Assembly: GCA_029258795.1 (NCBI GenBank)
Contig: JAPDKB010000009.1
Location: forward strand, 32,001-96,000
Direction of reading: 5' to 3'
Length of the DNA: 64,000 bases
Source of the DNA: an archaeon
GTDB taxonomy: Archaea; EX4484-52; WAPT01
Each line of letters opens with the position of its first letter. Positions within the stretch are counted from its first letter, which is position 1. The notes below the pieces were generated by a model. The model made no database searches, was not told the origin of the DNA, and saw only the letters and a list, made by a program, of their open reading frames with translations. Below, in pieces: positions 48,448-58,925 of this stretch. The position numbers and the translations under genes are program-made.

Positions 48448-49093
48448 ACACAATGTTCTTTATTTTTTCAACATTTTTTATTAACCATACTGTAAGTTTC
48501 TCTTCGGTTTCATGTTCTTCGTACCACTCATCTTTATTTTCTTCCCATTCCAGAATGAAGAGATGCAGATCATGATAAAGGCTAATGCCAAGTATTAAGA
48601 GCATGAACCCTAGTATGCTTAGACCAGTGAGCTTTACCACCGGCATGAAATTCTGGTCCAACCCTACTGCTTGTAAGGCATACATGATATCTCCATTATT
48701 TTGAAAGAAGTACACAGAAGTATTGAGAAAAAACGACATGGCTAGAGCAACGGAGAGAAGCGCCGCATTAACCCTTCTTTTTCTCGTCAGCACGATATCA
48801 ATCACCATCAAGATGAAACCCAATACAAATGTAAGAATCACACCACCAAGATATACTGAAAGTTGCTGAACCTTCGTAAGTTCACAGACCTCATAAATTT
48901 TTCCATAAAAGCTTTTGAGTATTACGATATCCAGATGAGCAACATATTTACAGCCATAATATTTTAACATAAGGATGTGTCCCATTTCATGAATCACCGG
49001 TGCAATGATGTAAAATCCAAAAAGGAAAAGTAGGGCACCCACTACAATGATGCCGTACTCCTTCGGGTGAGAATTCAGAGTGTCATCCGTCAT
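48398..49093 (-). CDS. Membrane metallopeptidase-like protein (M50-type HExxH)
   Basis: IHEMGH within a TM segment, GG, NGD; several TM helices. Confidence 0.65.
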   Translation of the reverse strand: MTDDTLNSHPKEYGIIVVGALLFLFGFYIIAPVIHEMGHILMLKYYGCKYVAHLDIVILKSFYGKIYEVCELTKVQQLSVYLGGVILTFVLGFILMVIDIVLTRKRRVNAALLSVALAMSFFLNTSVYFFQNNGDIMYALQAVGLDQNFMPVVKLTGLSILGFMLLILGISLYHDLHLFILEWEENKDEWYEEHETEEKLTVWLIKNVEKIKNIVFKSSKRYNRKSRASRK

Positions 49094-49096
49094 TCA

Positions 49097-50881
49097 TCAC
49101 ACACCGAAAAATTCGTTTATTTTCTGGAAGAGACTCTTTTTATCTCGTTCTTTTCGTTCAACATTTTCACTCTTTTTTGACACATTATCTATCGTATTTT
49201 TCCCCTCCTTTACCTCCTCATTAGGTGGCTCTTCACTTGCGGTTTTTTGCTCTTCACTTCGAATCTCGCTATACTCATCTTCACTTTTTTCTTCAACCTT
49301 TTTCTCTTCTTTTTTTCCTTCTTCTTTAGCTACGCTTTTCTTGAGATCAGTGAAAATGAGATGTAATGTATCCTTACATCCTTCATACACTTCATGCACA
49401 TCATCATCACTTATCTTTCCCTGATATTCCTTCGCCATCATCTTCTCAAAGAAAGTGGCGAGCTTCATTTTAGTTTCAGAATCTATTCTTTCATCACTCT
49501 TTATTTTTTCTACAACCTGCGCGTGTGTGAGCTCCTCATTTATACCAAGGATATTCTCTACCTCTCTCTTTACTAACAGCACCATCTTAGGGATAGCATC
49601 CCTGCCTTCATTTTTAGCGTAAATCTCCTCAAGCTCTTTTATAGCTTGCCTGTATCTGTCATCTTTAACGCTCTTCTTTTTGGAGAATAATTTTTTGAGT
49701 ATGGATTCTTTCTCTTCAGTTTTCTCTTTCTTTCTATTGGCAATCTTTTCCTCGTGTTTGGAGAGTTTTTCGAGTTCATTTTCAGCGTCTTCAATCTCCT
49801 TCTTTATGCGATTAAGAAATGAGTTAAGCACAAGCTCTATCTCATCCACCACGAGATCATAGGTGGCAAGTTTATCTTCAATAATCTTTCTTTTTTTATT
49901 GTAAAGTTCCTCGTTAACCACGCCCTGATCATAAAGTTTCTGAAGAGCTTGCAGGTAAAGTTTAAGCTTTTCTTTTTCCTTTTTTACACCCTCTTCCTCC
50001 ATGAATTCATCAATGAGTTTACTCATACGTTCTTTAAGTTTGATTATGGTGAGTTTTTGAGCTTCTTTATGTAAGAGTAAATCTGCAAGTTCCAGCTTCT
50101 TTACCAGAAGCTCTCTGCTTTTCTTATAATCTTCATCCTCTATAAAACCAGCTTCCTTCAATTTTTCAAGCGCTTTTATTCCATCTTCTATTTCCTTTTT
50201 CAAAGCCACGTACTTTTTAGTATTATCTCCCGAGATGATAACTGCCTCCCTAAGTTTTTTCTCTTCGCTTTTTTGAGATTCGGATGTTTCGGGTTCACTG
50301 GTATCCGCATCAGCCTCATGGGTCTCCACATTTTCCCTGAATTCTTTTTTATCTTTCTCCTTTTCTTTGCTCTTTTCCAGTCCTTTTTTGATGGTGTTTT
50401 TGAGCTCTTTAATAGCTTTCAATTTCTCCTTCAGAGTATCAGAACTCTCTTCATCTTCTTTTTCTGACACCTCTTTCTTTCTTTGAGAGGGTGGTGCCGG
50501 CGCTACAGTTTTCTCGGCCTCATCGCTCTTTTCGGAAGGAGATTCGTTAAAGAAATGTGAATATTCTTTTCCAACGCTCGTCGATGTTCCCTGAATCTTT
50601 GGCTGGGCGCTTTTCACTTCCTCTGGCTCTGAATTGCGGTAGACGTCCCCTTTTTCTTCCTGAGATTCTTCTTGAGGTTTTGATGAGGGGGGAGAAGTAT
50701 TTTTACTTCCACCAAGTATGGATTTGAGCTGGGATATCATTTCCTGTGCTTGCTGGAGGGAATCATTTTCTTCAGTATCCTTTTGCGGTAGAATAGCGTT
50801 AATATTGTCGTCTGGCTGTTTTTTTTCACTAACTTTTACATTCTCTTGGATCACTTTCTCGGTAATGACACTGTTTCCCAT
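49097..50881 (-). CDS. Highly charged coiled-coil protein with two SHOCT-like motifs
   Basis: LEKLKEAGFIEDEDY and LQKLYDQGVVNEELY; disordered ends. Confidence 0.7.
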   Translation of the reverse strand: MGNSVITEKVIQENVKVSEKKQPDDNINAILPQKDTEENDSLQQAQEMISQLKSILGGSKNTSPPSSKPQEESQEEKGDVYRNSEPEEVKSAQPKIQGTSTSVGKEYSHFFNESPSEKSDEAEKTVAPAPPSQRKKEVSEKEDEESSDTLKEKLKAIKELKNTIKKGLEKSKEKEKDKKEFRENVETHEADADTSEPETSESQKSEEKKLREAVIISGDNTKKYVALKKEIEDGIKALEKLKEAGFIEDEDYKKSRELLVKKLELADLLLHKEAQKLTIIKLKERMSKLIDEFMEEEGVKKEKEKLKLYLQALQKLYDQGVVNEELYNKKRKIIEDKLATYDLVVDEIELVLNSFLNRIKKEIEDAENELEKLSKHEEKIANRKKEKTEEKESILKKLFSKKKSVKDDRYRQAIKELEEIYAKNEGRDAIPKMVLLVKREVENILGINEELTHAQVVEKIKSDERIDSETKMKLATFFEKMMAKEYQGKISDDDVHEVYEGCKDTLHLIFTDLKKSVAKEEGKKEEKKVEEKSEDEYSEIRSEEQKTASEEPPNEEVKEGKNTIDNVSKKSENVERKERDKKSLFQKINEFFGV

Positions 50882-50986
50882 GGTGGTGCACCACCCATCC
50901 GTCTAAACATTTATTAGGAGATTAAACCTATATATAGATATTTCGGTGTATTCGTTACGATAACACCCCGTTCAGGGTAGAAAAAT

Positions 50987-51991
50987 ATGCCCGTAGGTTC
51001 AGAAAAAAAGGAACTGGAACTCAGAATAGAGATGTGGAAGGAGAAGATAGAACAGTTCAAAGATGAGGTTAGAAAAACCTTTATAGGACAGGATGAAGTT
51101 TTGAAAACAGCGATTCTTGGGATACTGTCGAGAGGACATGTGTTGCTGGAAGGTGCGCCCGGACTGGCAAAAACATTGCTTGTGATGACTATAGCTAAAA
51201 CGGTTCGAAACGCCAAGTTCCAGCGTATTCAGTTCACTCCTGATCTGCTACCTAGCGATCTAACTGGCGTGACTGCTTACGACCCAAAGAGGAGTGAGTT
51301 TTATGTAATTAAGGGGCCTGTCTTTGCAAATTTCATTCTGGGAGATGAAATCAACAGAGCCCCGCCAAAAGTTCAGAGTGCTATGCTCTCGGTCATGCAG
51401 GAGAGACAGGTGGTTATAGGTAAGGAGATATATGATCTGGAGGAGCCATTTTTTGTTATGGCAACCCAGAATCCTATAGAACAGCAGGGTACTTACCCCT
51501 TACCGGAAGCACAGGTGGACAGATTTCTGTTTAAAGTGCTGGTGGACTATCCTAAAAAAGATGAGGAGTTAGCGATACTGGATAGGAACACGATGATAAG
51601 AGAGTTTGAGGAAGCAGGTGTGCAGGCTGTGCTCGATAAACAAGAGATTTTGGAGATGCAGGCTGACGTCAAGAGAGTTTATTCTTCCGAAGAGATCAAA
51701 AATTATATAGTGGATATAGTCCTGGCAACCAGAGACCCGGAAGCTTATGAGATAAAGAGTGGAAAGTATATTGCATGGGGAGCATCACCAAGAGCATCCA
51801 TAGCGCTTTACATAGCGTCAAAAGCTCACGCCTTTATAGAAGGAAGAACTTTTGTCATTCCGGAAGATGTCAGAGCTGTCGCACATGATGTGCTGAGGCA
51901 CAGGATTATATTGAATTATGAAGGTAAAGCGCTGGAAATAACTACTGATGAGATTATAGACGAAATTTTAAAAAAGGTGCCCGTACCCTGA
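50987..51991 (+). CDS. moxR: MoxR-family AAA+ ATPase
   Basis: EGAPGLAKT, RIQFTPDLLPSD, DEINRAPPKVQSA, ATQNPIEQ.GTYPLPEAQ.DRF. Confidence 0.96.
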   Translation: MPVGSEKKELELRIEMWKEKIEQFKDEVRKTFIGQDEVLKTAILGILSRGHVLLEGAPGLAKTLLVMTIAKTVRNAKFQRIQFTPDLLPSDLTGVTAYDPKRSEFYVIKGPVFANFILGDEINRAPPKVQSAMLSVMQERQVVIGKEIYDLEEPFFVMATQNPIEQQGTYPLPEAQVDRFLFKVLVDYPKKDEELAILDRNTMIREFEEAGVQAVLDKQEILEMQADVKRVYSSEEIKNYIVDIVLATRDPEAYEIKSGKYIAWGASPRASIALYIASKAHAFIEGRTFVIPEDVRAVAHDVLRHRIILNYEGKALEITTDEIIDEILKKVPVP

Positions 51992-54439
51992 TCAAAACCT
52001 TCTCTTTCCAAATGGAAGAACTCTGCTTCTCAGCTTCAATTTCTTCCTTTTCTTTACTGATGCTGCCAGAAAGATCATGAACACGAAGAAGATGGATAAG
52101 TAGAAATTCGTTTTTTCCGCACCTTCCAAAGCAAAGTACCCAGAAATACTATCTATTTCTGGAAGATCAAAGCTCCAACCTTCGTCAGCACTTTCTGCCT
52201 GTTGCTGCGCACTGCTATTGGTCTCTTCAACCTCCTCCTCCAGCTTCAGAGTGAATGAAACGGTATCCTTTGCTTCTTTACCGCTGAATGTGATCTTCGG
52301 GAAATAATATTTCTCACAACGGTCATTTATACAATCTTCTGCAGGTATGTTTATGTACATTTTAATAACTTTACTCTCTCCGGCTTTGATAACGTTTATG
52401 GATTTCGGAACAATTGCAAACCAGTCATAGTTCAGGTTTGTAACATCAACCACAATGTTCGTTACATCAACCTGCCCTGTGTTTTGGAGCGTTATCTCCA
52501 CTACCTTACTCTGTCCCGGGACAACACTTACAACATCTGGAGCAATGGATTTCAATTCGATTTTTCTCTCAACATGAATAACGAATGTCTTCTCAATAGA
52601 AATGTACGGGTTTTTTTCGGCTTTGGTCACAATTTCGTAACTGCCGTCTTCTTGAGGCGCGCTTATAACTGCAGAGAACTTCCCACCCAAATCGGTGGTT
52701 GTGGTTGTTGTCGCTTCCATCCCCTTTATGCTCACTGTAATTCGAACATCTTTGACGGGGTCTCCTTTGCTGTTTTTGACCACTCCGCTCACTTCCACAT
52801 TCTCTCCAGCATAATAATCTTTCTGTACCTCATCAAGCTCTATTATGAGGGGCTCGCGTTCTCCAACCACGAAAGCCCCGAGCTTGGTCGTATTTACCTT
52901 CACCACATTAGACACTATATTGACTTCCGAGGAAACAGCTTCCCACTCACCCACACACTCCCTCCTCCCAAAATTCCAGTCAGTACATCTATAAACCTCC
53001 AATCCTTTTTCGTTCCTAACGGAAGCATCGTTGTAAGGTATTGTGAGATATGCTGTTTTGAAGAGGGGTGCGAACTCCAGAACCACGAGTTTTACAGCTT
53101 TGAACCCCTCTATCTGTATGTTTTTTATGAATCTATCATACCTTATTCCATTTACCACGGGTTCGTTAATCTCAACCTGTTTTATAACTGCGGTTACTTC
53201 CGGAAACCGTATCTCGAAATCGTATGTGCCCGAAGGTAATGAGGTTTGGTATCTTCCCAGATTATCGGTTCGCATCAAAATTTCCTCCGTGTTTTCACCT
53301 CTTATCTTTATGATTCCATTCACAACATTACCTGCAGGATCTATCAGCTGACCCGACACAGGTATGACGAAATAAACCGGAACCTTGGATGAGACTGCAG
53401 GGGTGTAACCATCATATACGACTTTGATATAGAGTTCGTAGGGTTCGTTGGAAGATTCTAATTTGGGTATCTGCACAAGCAACTTGTATCTCTGTGTGTT
53501 GGCATCATACCAAACATTTAGGATTGGAATTCTCTTATCAATTCCATTACCCTCAATATAAGCTTCGAAATTATCCACAGTAAGATCATTTGCGGGCACG
53601 CCCTTTTCCAGAACTTGAATGGTTATGTTTTTGTTGGTGGTGTCTGCCAGCCTTATCTCGGTGGATGGGTTGGGATCTATCAGCACAGCGACCAGAGCAT
53701 CATTTATTCTGACAGCATCATAAGCAACATCAATTGCAGTTCTTTTCGACCCGTCCATGGTCAGTGATCCTCTCACCTCCAGGTCATAAATGCCCGGTGG
53801 CGTGTTCTGGTTGAAAGAAACTACTTGAATGCTCCAGATTTTTGTTCCGGGGTCAAATATGATGCTATCTACATTCAATGGGATTTTGGTATTACCTTCC
53901 TTAATGGACACGGAAAACTCCGGAGCGAGACCCGTGTCTACATACTGGTTATTGATTTTAAATTTCAATTTTACGGTGAACGATGATCCTGCATATACAT
54001 CATATAGGCTACCGGTTGCGGGTTCAACTATCTCAATCGTTGGCTTTTTTACAACAAAAGATAGAGTTTCAGTATCTTTTCCAGAGGAATCCTCGCAAGT
54101 TACGGTTGCCTCATAATTTCCGTAGAAAGTTGCAGTGTAATGCGCTTCATACATCCCACTCTCATCCTCTCCAAAATTCAGCGGTGCTTCCTTACCATCT
54201 GGAAGTGTAACAACTCCAAAGATGGAAGATGAGTTACTACTCTCATTCAAACTGCAATTGAGATGAAACGCGATTTCAACAGCATTTTGGTCGTAATTCA
54301 TCCATATGGGGGATGAGGGTTCCATGTAAAGCTCTACTATCTTAGCAGCATTAGTGCAGGAAGGCACTATAACAATGCCCATCACCAACAGGTACAGAAT
54401 TAATATTCTATTTACTGCTTGCATTCGCGAAACACCCAC
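51992..54439 (-). CDS. Secreted multi-Ig-domain protein with a C-terminal TM anchor
   Basis: Signal peptide, beta-rich repeats, QNTG motif, TM followed by a basic tail. Confidence 0.8.
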   Translation of the reverse strand: MGVSRMQAVNRILILYLLVMGIVIVPSCTNAAKIVELYMEPSSPIWMNYDQNAVEIAFHLNCSLNESSNSSSIFGVVTLPDGKEAPLNFGEDESGMYEAHYTATFYGNYEATVTCEDSSGKDTETLSFVVKKPTIEIVEPATGSLYDVYAGSSFTVKLKFKINNQYVDTGLAPEFSVSIKEGNTKIPLNVDSIIFDPGTKIWSIQVVSFNQNTPPGIYDLEVRGSLTMDGSKRTAIDVAYDAVRINDALVAVLIDPNPSTEIRLADTTNKNITIQVLEKGVPANDLTVDNFEAYIEGNGIDKRIPILNVWYDANTQRYKLLVQIPKLESSNEPYELYIKVVYDGYTPAVSSKVPVYFVIPVSGQLIDPAGNVVNGIIKIRGENTEEILMRTDNLGRYQTSLPSGTYDFEIRFPEVTAVIKQVEINEPVVNGIRYDRFIKNIQIEGFKAVKLVVLEFAPLFKTAYLTIPYNDASVRNEKGLEVYRCTDWNFGRRECVGEWEAVSSEVNIVSNVVKVNTTKLGAFVVGEREPLIIELDEVQKDYYAGENVEVSGVVKNSKGDPVKDVRITVSIKGMEATTTTTTDLGGKFSAVISAPQEDGSYEIVTKAEKNPYISIEKTFVIHVERKIELKSIAPDVVSVVPGQSKVVEITLQNTGQVDVTNIVVDVTNLNYDWFAIVPKSINVIKAGESKVIKMYINIPAEDCINDRCEKYYFPKITFSGKEAKDTVSFTLKLEEEVEETNSSAQQQAESADEGWSFDLPEIDSISGYFALEGAEKTNFYLSIFFVFMIFLAASVKKRKKLKLRSRVLPFGKRRF

Positions 54440-54445
54440 CTTCTC

Positions 54446-55195
54446 TCAAATCAAGCCCAGCAATTTTCTTATTCCCAAAAATCTGGGCGGTTCATAAACC
54501 TTTCCTATCAGCTTGGCTGCAAGCTTTTTCATGGCTATGGATGAAGAGGTGTAAGGATCCATCGCAATCACAGGAGTGCGCTGAAAGACACTCTTTCTGA
54601 CCTTTTCATCTTCGGGGATGACCTCTATGATGGGAGCTTCACAAATCACCTCAATCTCTTCCGGCTTTAGTTCGTGTTCATATCCGCTGTATCTGTTAAC
54701 AACAACACCCAAAATCCTCTTTTTTTGCTCTTCAGCCATCTTTATTACCTTTGCAGCGTTAGCCACAGCCGGAATTTCAGGAGTGGTCACGGCAAGCACC
54801 TCATCACACGCATTGAGCACCTCTCTACCAACAGTGTCCAATCCAGGTGGAGCGTCCACAATCACAATGTTGTAGGGTAGGGACTTCAATGTTTGCCTTA
54901 AATTCTTTGGTTTGACCGTCACGTCGTTTAGGGCTATGGAGCTGGGTATGAAGTTTATTCCTGTGGGATGTGTATGGATCGCGTGCTCAACCTCACTATC
55001 CCCTCTGATTATGCTTTGAAGGGTGTTGGGGAAAGAATAGTGCCCCAAATATATTCCCAAATTGGACGCGGTCATATCTGCATCCACAACCACAACCTTC
55101 TCCCCAAACTGATGGAGAGCAAGAGCAAGGTTAGCAGCGCAAACGGTTTTACCAACTCCTCCTTTTCCAGAAGCAACACATATTACTCGAGGCAA
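54446..55195 (-). CDS. minD: MinD/ParA-family ATPase
   Basis: SGKGGVGKT, DAD, DAPPG, C-terminal amphipathic FLGIRKLLGL. Confidence 0.92.
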   Translation of the reverse strand: MPRVICVASGKGGVGKTVCAANLALALHQFGEKVVVVDADMTASNLGIYLGHYSFPNTLQSIIRGDSEVEHAIHTHPTGINFIPSSIALNDVTVKPKNLRQTLKSLPYNIVIVDAPPGLDTVGREVLNACDEVLAVTTPEIPAVANAAKVIKMAEEQKKRILGVVVNRYSGYEHELKPEEIEVICEAPIIEVIPEDEKVRKSVFQRTPVIAMDPYTSSSIAMKKLAAKLIGKVYEPPRFLGIRKLLGLI

Positions 55196-55258
55196 GTGCT
55201 CACCCCACAGGTATGCATTTTTAAACTATTTTTGGTGAAATAACATATATAAATATAT

Positions 55259-56155
55259 CTACATCTCACACTTTTTTGATTTGGGTTGAGTTCTTTTCTT
55301 TGATTTTGGGATGTTTTTGTAATCAGAGCCAAGATGCTTCGATAATATGAAGCCAAACACCATACCCACAACCATCCCGATCAAGAGCACGATTGGTAAA
55401 CTCGGACGTTTCTCTTCCTCCCTGATTTGAGGTAAAACGTCGAACCTGTAAACCTTACCGCCTGAGCTGTCTATTAACACCATAGGAATCTTTTTGGTGG
55501 TTAAAACTCCGTAGTCCCAATTAATCTGAAGTTTCAAGACACCATCTTCCAACTCCAGCTCCCGATAACGAGCAGCATAAACCTTGTCTCCCGGAGGTAT
55601 GGTGAGCGGTAGCACCAGAACATCCTTCAGATTGCTACTGGTTGTGTTCACCAGTGTAATCTCAACGTTTATTGTTGAAGGGTCATTTTCATAAATCCAC
55701 GAATTCGAAGCCACACGTATTACTGACATATTGGTGTAGTTGGAGCCATTGATTTGAAGGGTTGTTTTATTCAACCTTTTTATTTCATCGCAAAAGTATA
55801 GCGTGGGGATGAGCGTGAAATTTCCAGACAGATTACCGAAAAACCAGTAATTTCTGAAGGTGGCTATTCCTCCCGGGGCAACGCGCTCCACATTGCTCCA
55901 CGAGGTGTAAATTATTGACCCATTTGCATCTTCAACATCAATTCTCATGTACGTTTTGCATCCCGCAGAGCCCGTATTTTCCCATACAGACACAACCTCA
56001 ACCACGCTCATATTCTCCAGAATTGAAACATTGCTGTAGGCAAGGGTACCATCAACATCTCCTGCTATGTTAACAAATATGGGAACTGATGATGCAAAAT
56101 TGATGCAGAATGCTATACTGAAACAAACCAGCAAGATCGGAAGCAATCTTTTCAT
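55259..56155 (-). CDS. Secreted Ig-like protein with a C-terminal TM
   Basis: Signal peptide, WENTGS, sequons, TM plus basic tail. Confidence 0.75.
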   Translation of the reverse strand: MKRLLPILLVCFSIAFCINFASSVPIFVNIAGDVDGTLAYSNVSILENMSVVEVVSVWENTGSAGCKTYMRIDVEDANGSIIYTSWSNVERVAPGGIATFRNYWFFGNLSGNFTLIPTLYFCDEIKRLNKTTLQINGSNYTNMSVIRVASNSWIYENDPSTINVEITLVNTTSSNLKDVLVLPLTIPPGDKVYAARYRELELEDGVLKLQINWDYGVLTTKKIPMVLIDSSGGKVYRFDVLPQIREEEKRPSLPIVLLIGMVVGMVFGFILSKHLGSDYKNIPKSKKRTQPKSKKCEM

Positions 56156-56179
56156 ATTGTTTAGAAGGTCAGGAAATCT

Positions 56180-56737
56180 TTATATGTCCTTTCTCCAAGC
56201 TTCAAACTTATACTCACACAATTCGTTCAGGAATTTTTCCGAGACGCTATAGCGAGGAATACAAATCAGAACATGAGCCATCCCCGTATAATTCCCCACT
56301 TCATTTCCAACAAACTTTATTTTAACATTCATGGCTTCTCCCGGAGAAAGGACGATGTTGTTTCGCTCTATTTCAACTTTTTCACTTACGTTCCCTTCTA
56401 CCACTATCTGAATTTTGGTCTTCATTAGATTTGACGGAGCTTTTAGCTCTATTTCTCGGGTAACGTTTCCCCCCAACGGAACGATACCGAACGCAAGCTC
56501 ATCGGGATCAACGCTCACACCCAGCTTGGTAATGTTTGTCTGACTCATGTTGATTACAAAAGCGCTCGCATTAAAACTCACATAGCGAATCATGACTCCG
56601 TGTTTGAAAAGGAAAACGATGAACACAAAAAATATGGAGAATGCTACAACAACACTCCAGCTGAATATTCTGGTTATCAAACCATAATTTATTTCCTTTC
56701 TGAGTTTTGTCCTTTTTCTCTTCATGAGAACGCTCAC
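56180..56737 (-). CDS. N-terminally anchored Ig-like protein
   Basis: TM followed by VDPDELAFGIVPLG and GNYTG. Confidence 0.7.
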   Translation of the reverse strand: MSVLMKRKRTKLRKEINYGLITRIFSWSVVVAFSIFFVFIVFLFKHGVMIRYVSFNASAFVINMSQTNITKLGVSVDPDELAFGIVPLGGNVTREIELKAPSNLMKTKIQIVVEGNVSEKVEIERNNIVLSPGEAMNVKIKFVGNEVGNYTGMAHVLICIPRYSVSEKFLNELCEYKFEAWRKDI

Positions 56738-56738
56738 C

Positions 56739-57722
56739 TTACATTTTCCAGTAGACGTAAAGGCCTATCAGCGCGAGGATGATCATCAGGAACCACCATG
56801 GTATTTTTCTTTTTGGACTGGCCCGTTCCTGCACTTTTGCGACTATCTCTGCCGGAATCTTTATCACATCCTCTTTTGTGACTTGACCTGTGATGTAATC
56901 CACCTTCGCTTCCACCCTCACCTTTTCGGAAGGTATCTCTTCAGAGCTGGTCCAGAAACCGTGAAGAACCACAGTATCTCCCGGAGCTATACGGGTAGCA
57001 GAACCGGCCAGAAGATCGATAACATTGCCTTCATTGTCCTTTATCTGCAGCTCCGAGAGTCTGGCGGTTATGGTGGTTGTTCCGGTGTTTTTGAAGAGCA
57101 CATCTATTCTCACGCGGTTTTTGGCTTCCCTTTCAGCTTCAAAATCAATTATGGTTCCTTTTCTTTCAGCCACACCCGGAACTCTAAAAACGAAAATCAA
57201 CCTTGTGATTCCCACAGTAGCTACCCCCGCCCCACCACTTGTCTCTACCCTGAGCTTCGGGATGATGTTGATCGCTCCAGCATGATATCCGGGCTCAGCG
57301 TCCTTCGGAACTTTTAGAATAAATGTGGCCTTTCTATTGTACTTTATAGAAGTGCCGTCAGGGAGCGTTATCACCTTCACATTGTTTGGATCGAGGATGT
57401 AGGGGTTTTGGGGAAATTCGATCCAGCTTGAGATGTCTTCTTCAGAGACTTCTGCAGGAATCATAACATATGGATCTCTCTTTTCTTTAAACAAAACATC
57501 TCGGTGCACTGGAACGTAAGATAAGGTTACGGGAAGCGGCTCTCGGGTGTTGGAAATTATGTAAAAACTAACCGCCACCTCCTTTCCTCGGGGAACATCT
57601 CCGAGGTCTATCACTCCGGGAGACACACCTATACCTAAGGAATATGAGGTTGTGCTCAATAAAATCATCATTGACAGTGAAATGAACCAAAAACTTACTG
57701 GTTTTTTATCAATATTCATCAT
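56739..57722 (-). CDS. Two-domain secreted PapD/DUF916-like protein with a C-terminal TM
   Basis: GIGVSPGVIDLG, VPKDAEPGYHAG.I, FKNTGTT, TM; the fold assignment is pattern-based. Confidence 0.65.
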   Translation of the reverse strand: MMNIDKKPVSFWFISLSMMILLSTTSYSLGIGVSPGVIDLGDVPRGKEVAVSFYIISNTREPLPVTLSYVPVHRDVLFKEKRDPYVMIPAEVSEEDISSWIEFPQNPYILDPNNVKVITLPDGTSIKYNRKATFILKVPKDAEPGYHAGAINIIPKLRVETSGGAGVATVGITRLIFVFRVPGVAERKGTIIDFEAEREAKNRVRIDVLFKNTGTTTITARLSELQIKDNEGNVIDLLAGSATRIAPGDTVVLHGFWTSSEEIPSEKVRVEAKVDYITGQVTKEDVIKIPAEIVAKVQERASPKRKIPWWFLMIILALIGLYVYWKM

Positions 57723-57819
57723 GTTAAAACATCACCCACTTTCACCTTTAAATTAATATCGACATCCCCACATCTCAAATTATTTTTTCTCTCGTTATAT
57801 CGAACTATACACTCAATAA

Positions 57820-57836
57820 GAGAAAAATTTATATAC
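57820..57836 (+). promoter_or_regulatory. BRE/TATA promoter for subunit pair 1
   Basis: gagaaaaa-tttatata. Confidence 0.6.
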
Positions 57837-57882
57837 TCCCTCGTATCGGTATTATCTTCACACAGTATCTGAGGGGCTATTT

Positions 57883-57904
57883 TGCTCCTCAGGAAGACGG
57901 GGGA
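57883..57904 (+). repeat. Left arm of a perfect 22-bp inverted repeat
   Basis: tgctcctcaggaagacggggga is the reverse complement of 62542-62563. Confidence 0.95.
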
Positions 57905-57909
57905 TTAGG

Positions 57910-58860
57910 ATGTTGCCCAGTAAGGGGGATAAAACACAGAGTTATTTAGAGCCAGCGACTTTGGGATTTGTAGTGTTACTTCTATTGCTATCTATAATGA
58001 AATTGCCCTCTTTATCGTTTGGTTATGAAGCCAACGATACCATAACCATAAACGTCACCGTGGCTCAGGTGGCGATGGTCACCATCGATCCGAGCTCTCT
58101 GAGCTGGAGCAATGTTGAACCCGGCAGTGTGGGCGACGAGGATTATGAGGATCATGGTTATGATGGTATATGGATAGAGAACATAGGTAGTGTAAACATA
58201 ACTTATGTATGGTTCAACGCTTCTTACCCTCCATCCTCACCTTTTGGAACTGGTGATCCTCAAGCATATGATGCTGGAAACTTCGTGGTGCTCACGCCAA
58301 ATGAATCAACAACACCATATCATTTCGTTAACAGGGTGGAGTACAACGATCTTTACAGGACAGGCACCATGTATGTATTTCCAGCAGGAACACCATCCTT
58401 CTTCGGAAGGTTCAGAAACGCAAGTTACGAATACTTTATTGAGCTTGATGCCACAAATTATGGAAACTGCAGCAGTGGTAGTCTGTACATTTCAGATACT
58501 CCGAAAACAAAGGAAAATAGCGGAGATATATACCTCTCAGATAACACCCCAGTCACCGTCAATCCGGTGAGTTATAATGGAAAGACATGGGGTGTTGCAG
58601 AGGTTGATATAGACACCCAAAAGTACTGTGTGATTTTTGATTCGGGGTGTAATTACGCTATTTTCAACAGATGGAACGCTGATTTGCCGGGAGTCAACTC
58701 CACCTATTGTCCAAATGTAAGTGGTTATATGAAAGACGATTCCACACAACCCATCGTTCCCGGAGATGTGTTCAAGGTGAATATAAGGGTGTATGTCCCT
58801 TATGGTGTCCCTTACGGTACTGTTAAGACTGGTACACTCACGGTCTTTGTTAAAGCGTGA
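57910..58860 (+). CDS. Secreted putative filament subunit, type A1
   Basis: Signal peptide; NDTITINV, IWIENIGSVNIT, PFGTG, NRVEY, VPYGVP; no TM anchor. Confidence 0.8.
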   Translation: MLPSKGDKTQSYLEPATLGFVVLLLLLSIMKLPSLSFGYEANDTITINVTVAQVAMVTIDPSSLSWSNVEPGSVGDEDYEDHGYDGIWIENIGSVNITYVWFNASYPPSSPFGTGDPQAYDAGNFVVLTPNESTTPYHFVNRVEYNDLYRTGTMYVFPAGTPSFFGRFRNASYEYFIELDATNYGNCSSGSLYISDTPKTKENSGDIYLSDNTPVTVNPVSYNGKTWGVAEVDIDTQKYCVIFDSGCNYAIFNRWNADLPGVNSTYCPNVSGYMKDDSTQPIVPGDVFKVNIRVYVPYGVPYGTVKTGTLTVFVKA

Positions 58861-58925
58861 TGAGTGGGTAACGTGTGTATGATGTTCATCCCAATCAATC
58901 ATATTCAAGACGGAGGTGATACACC

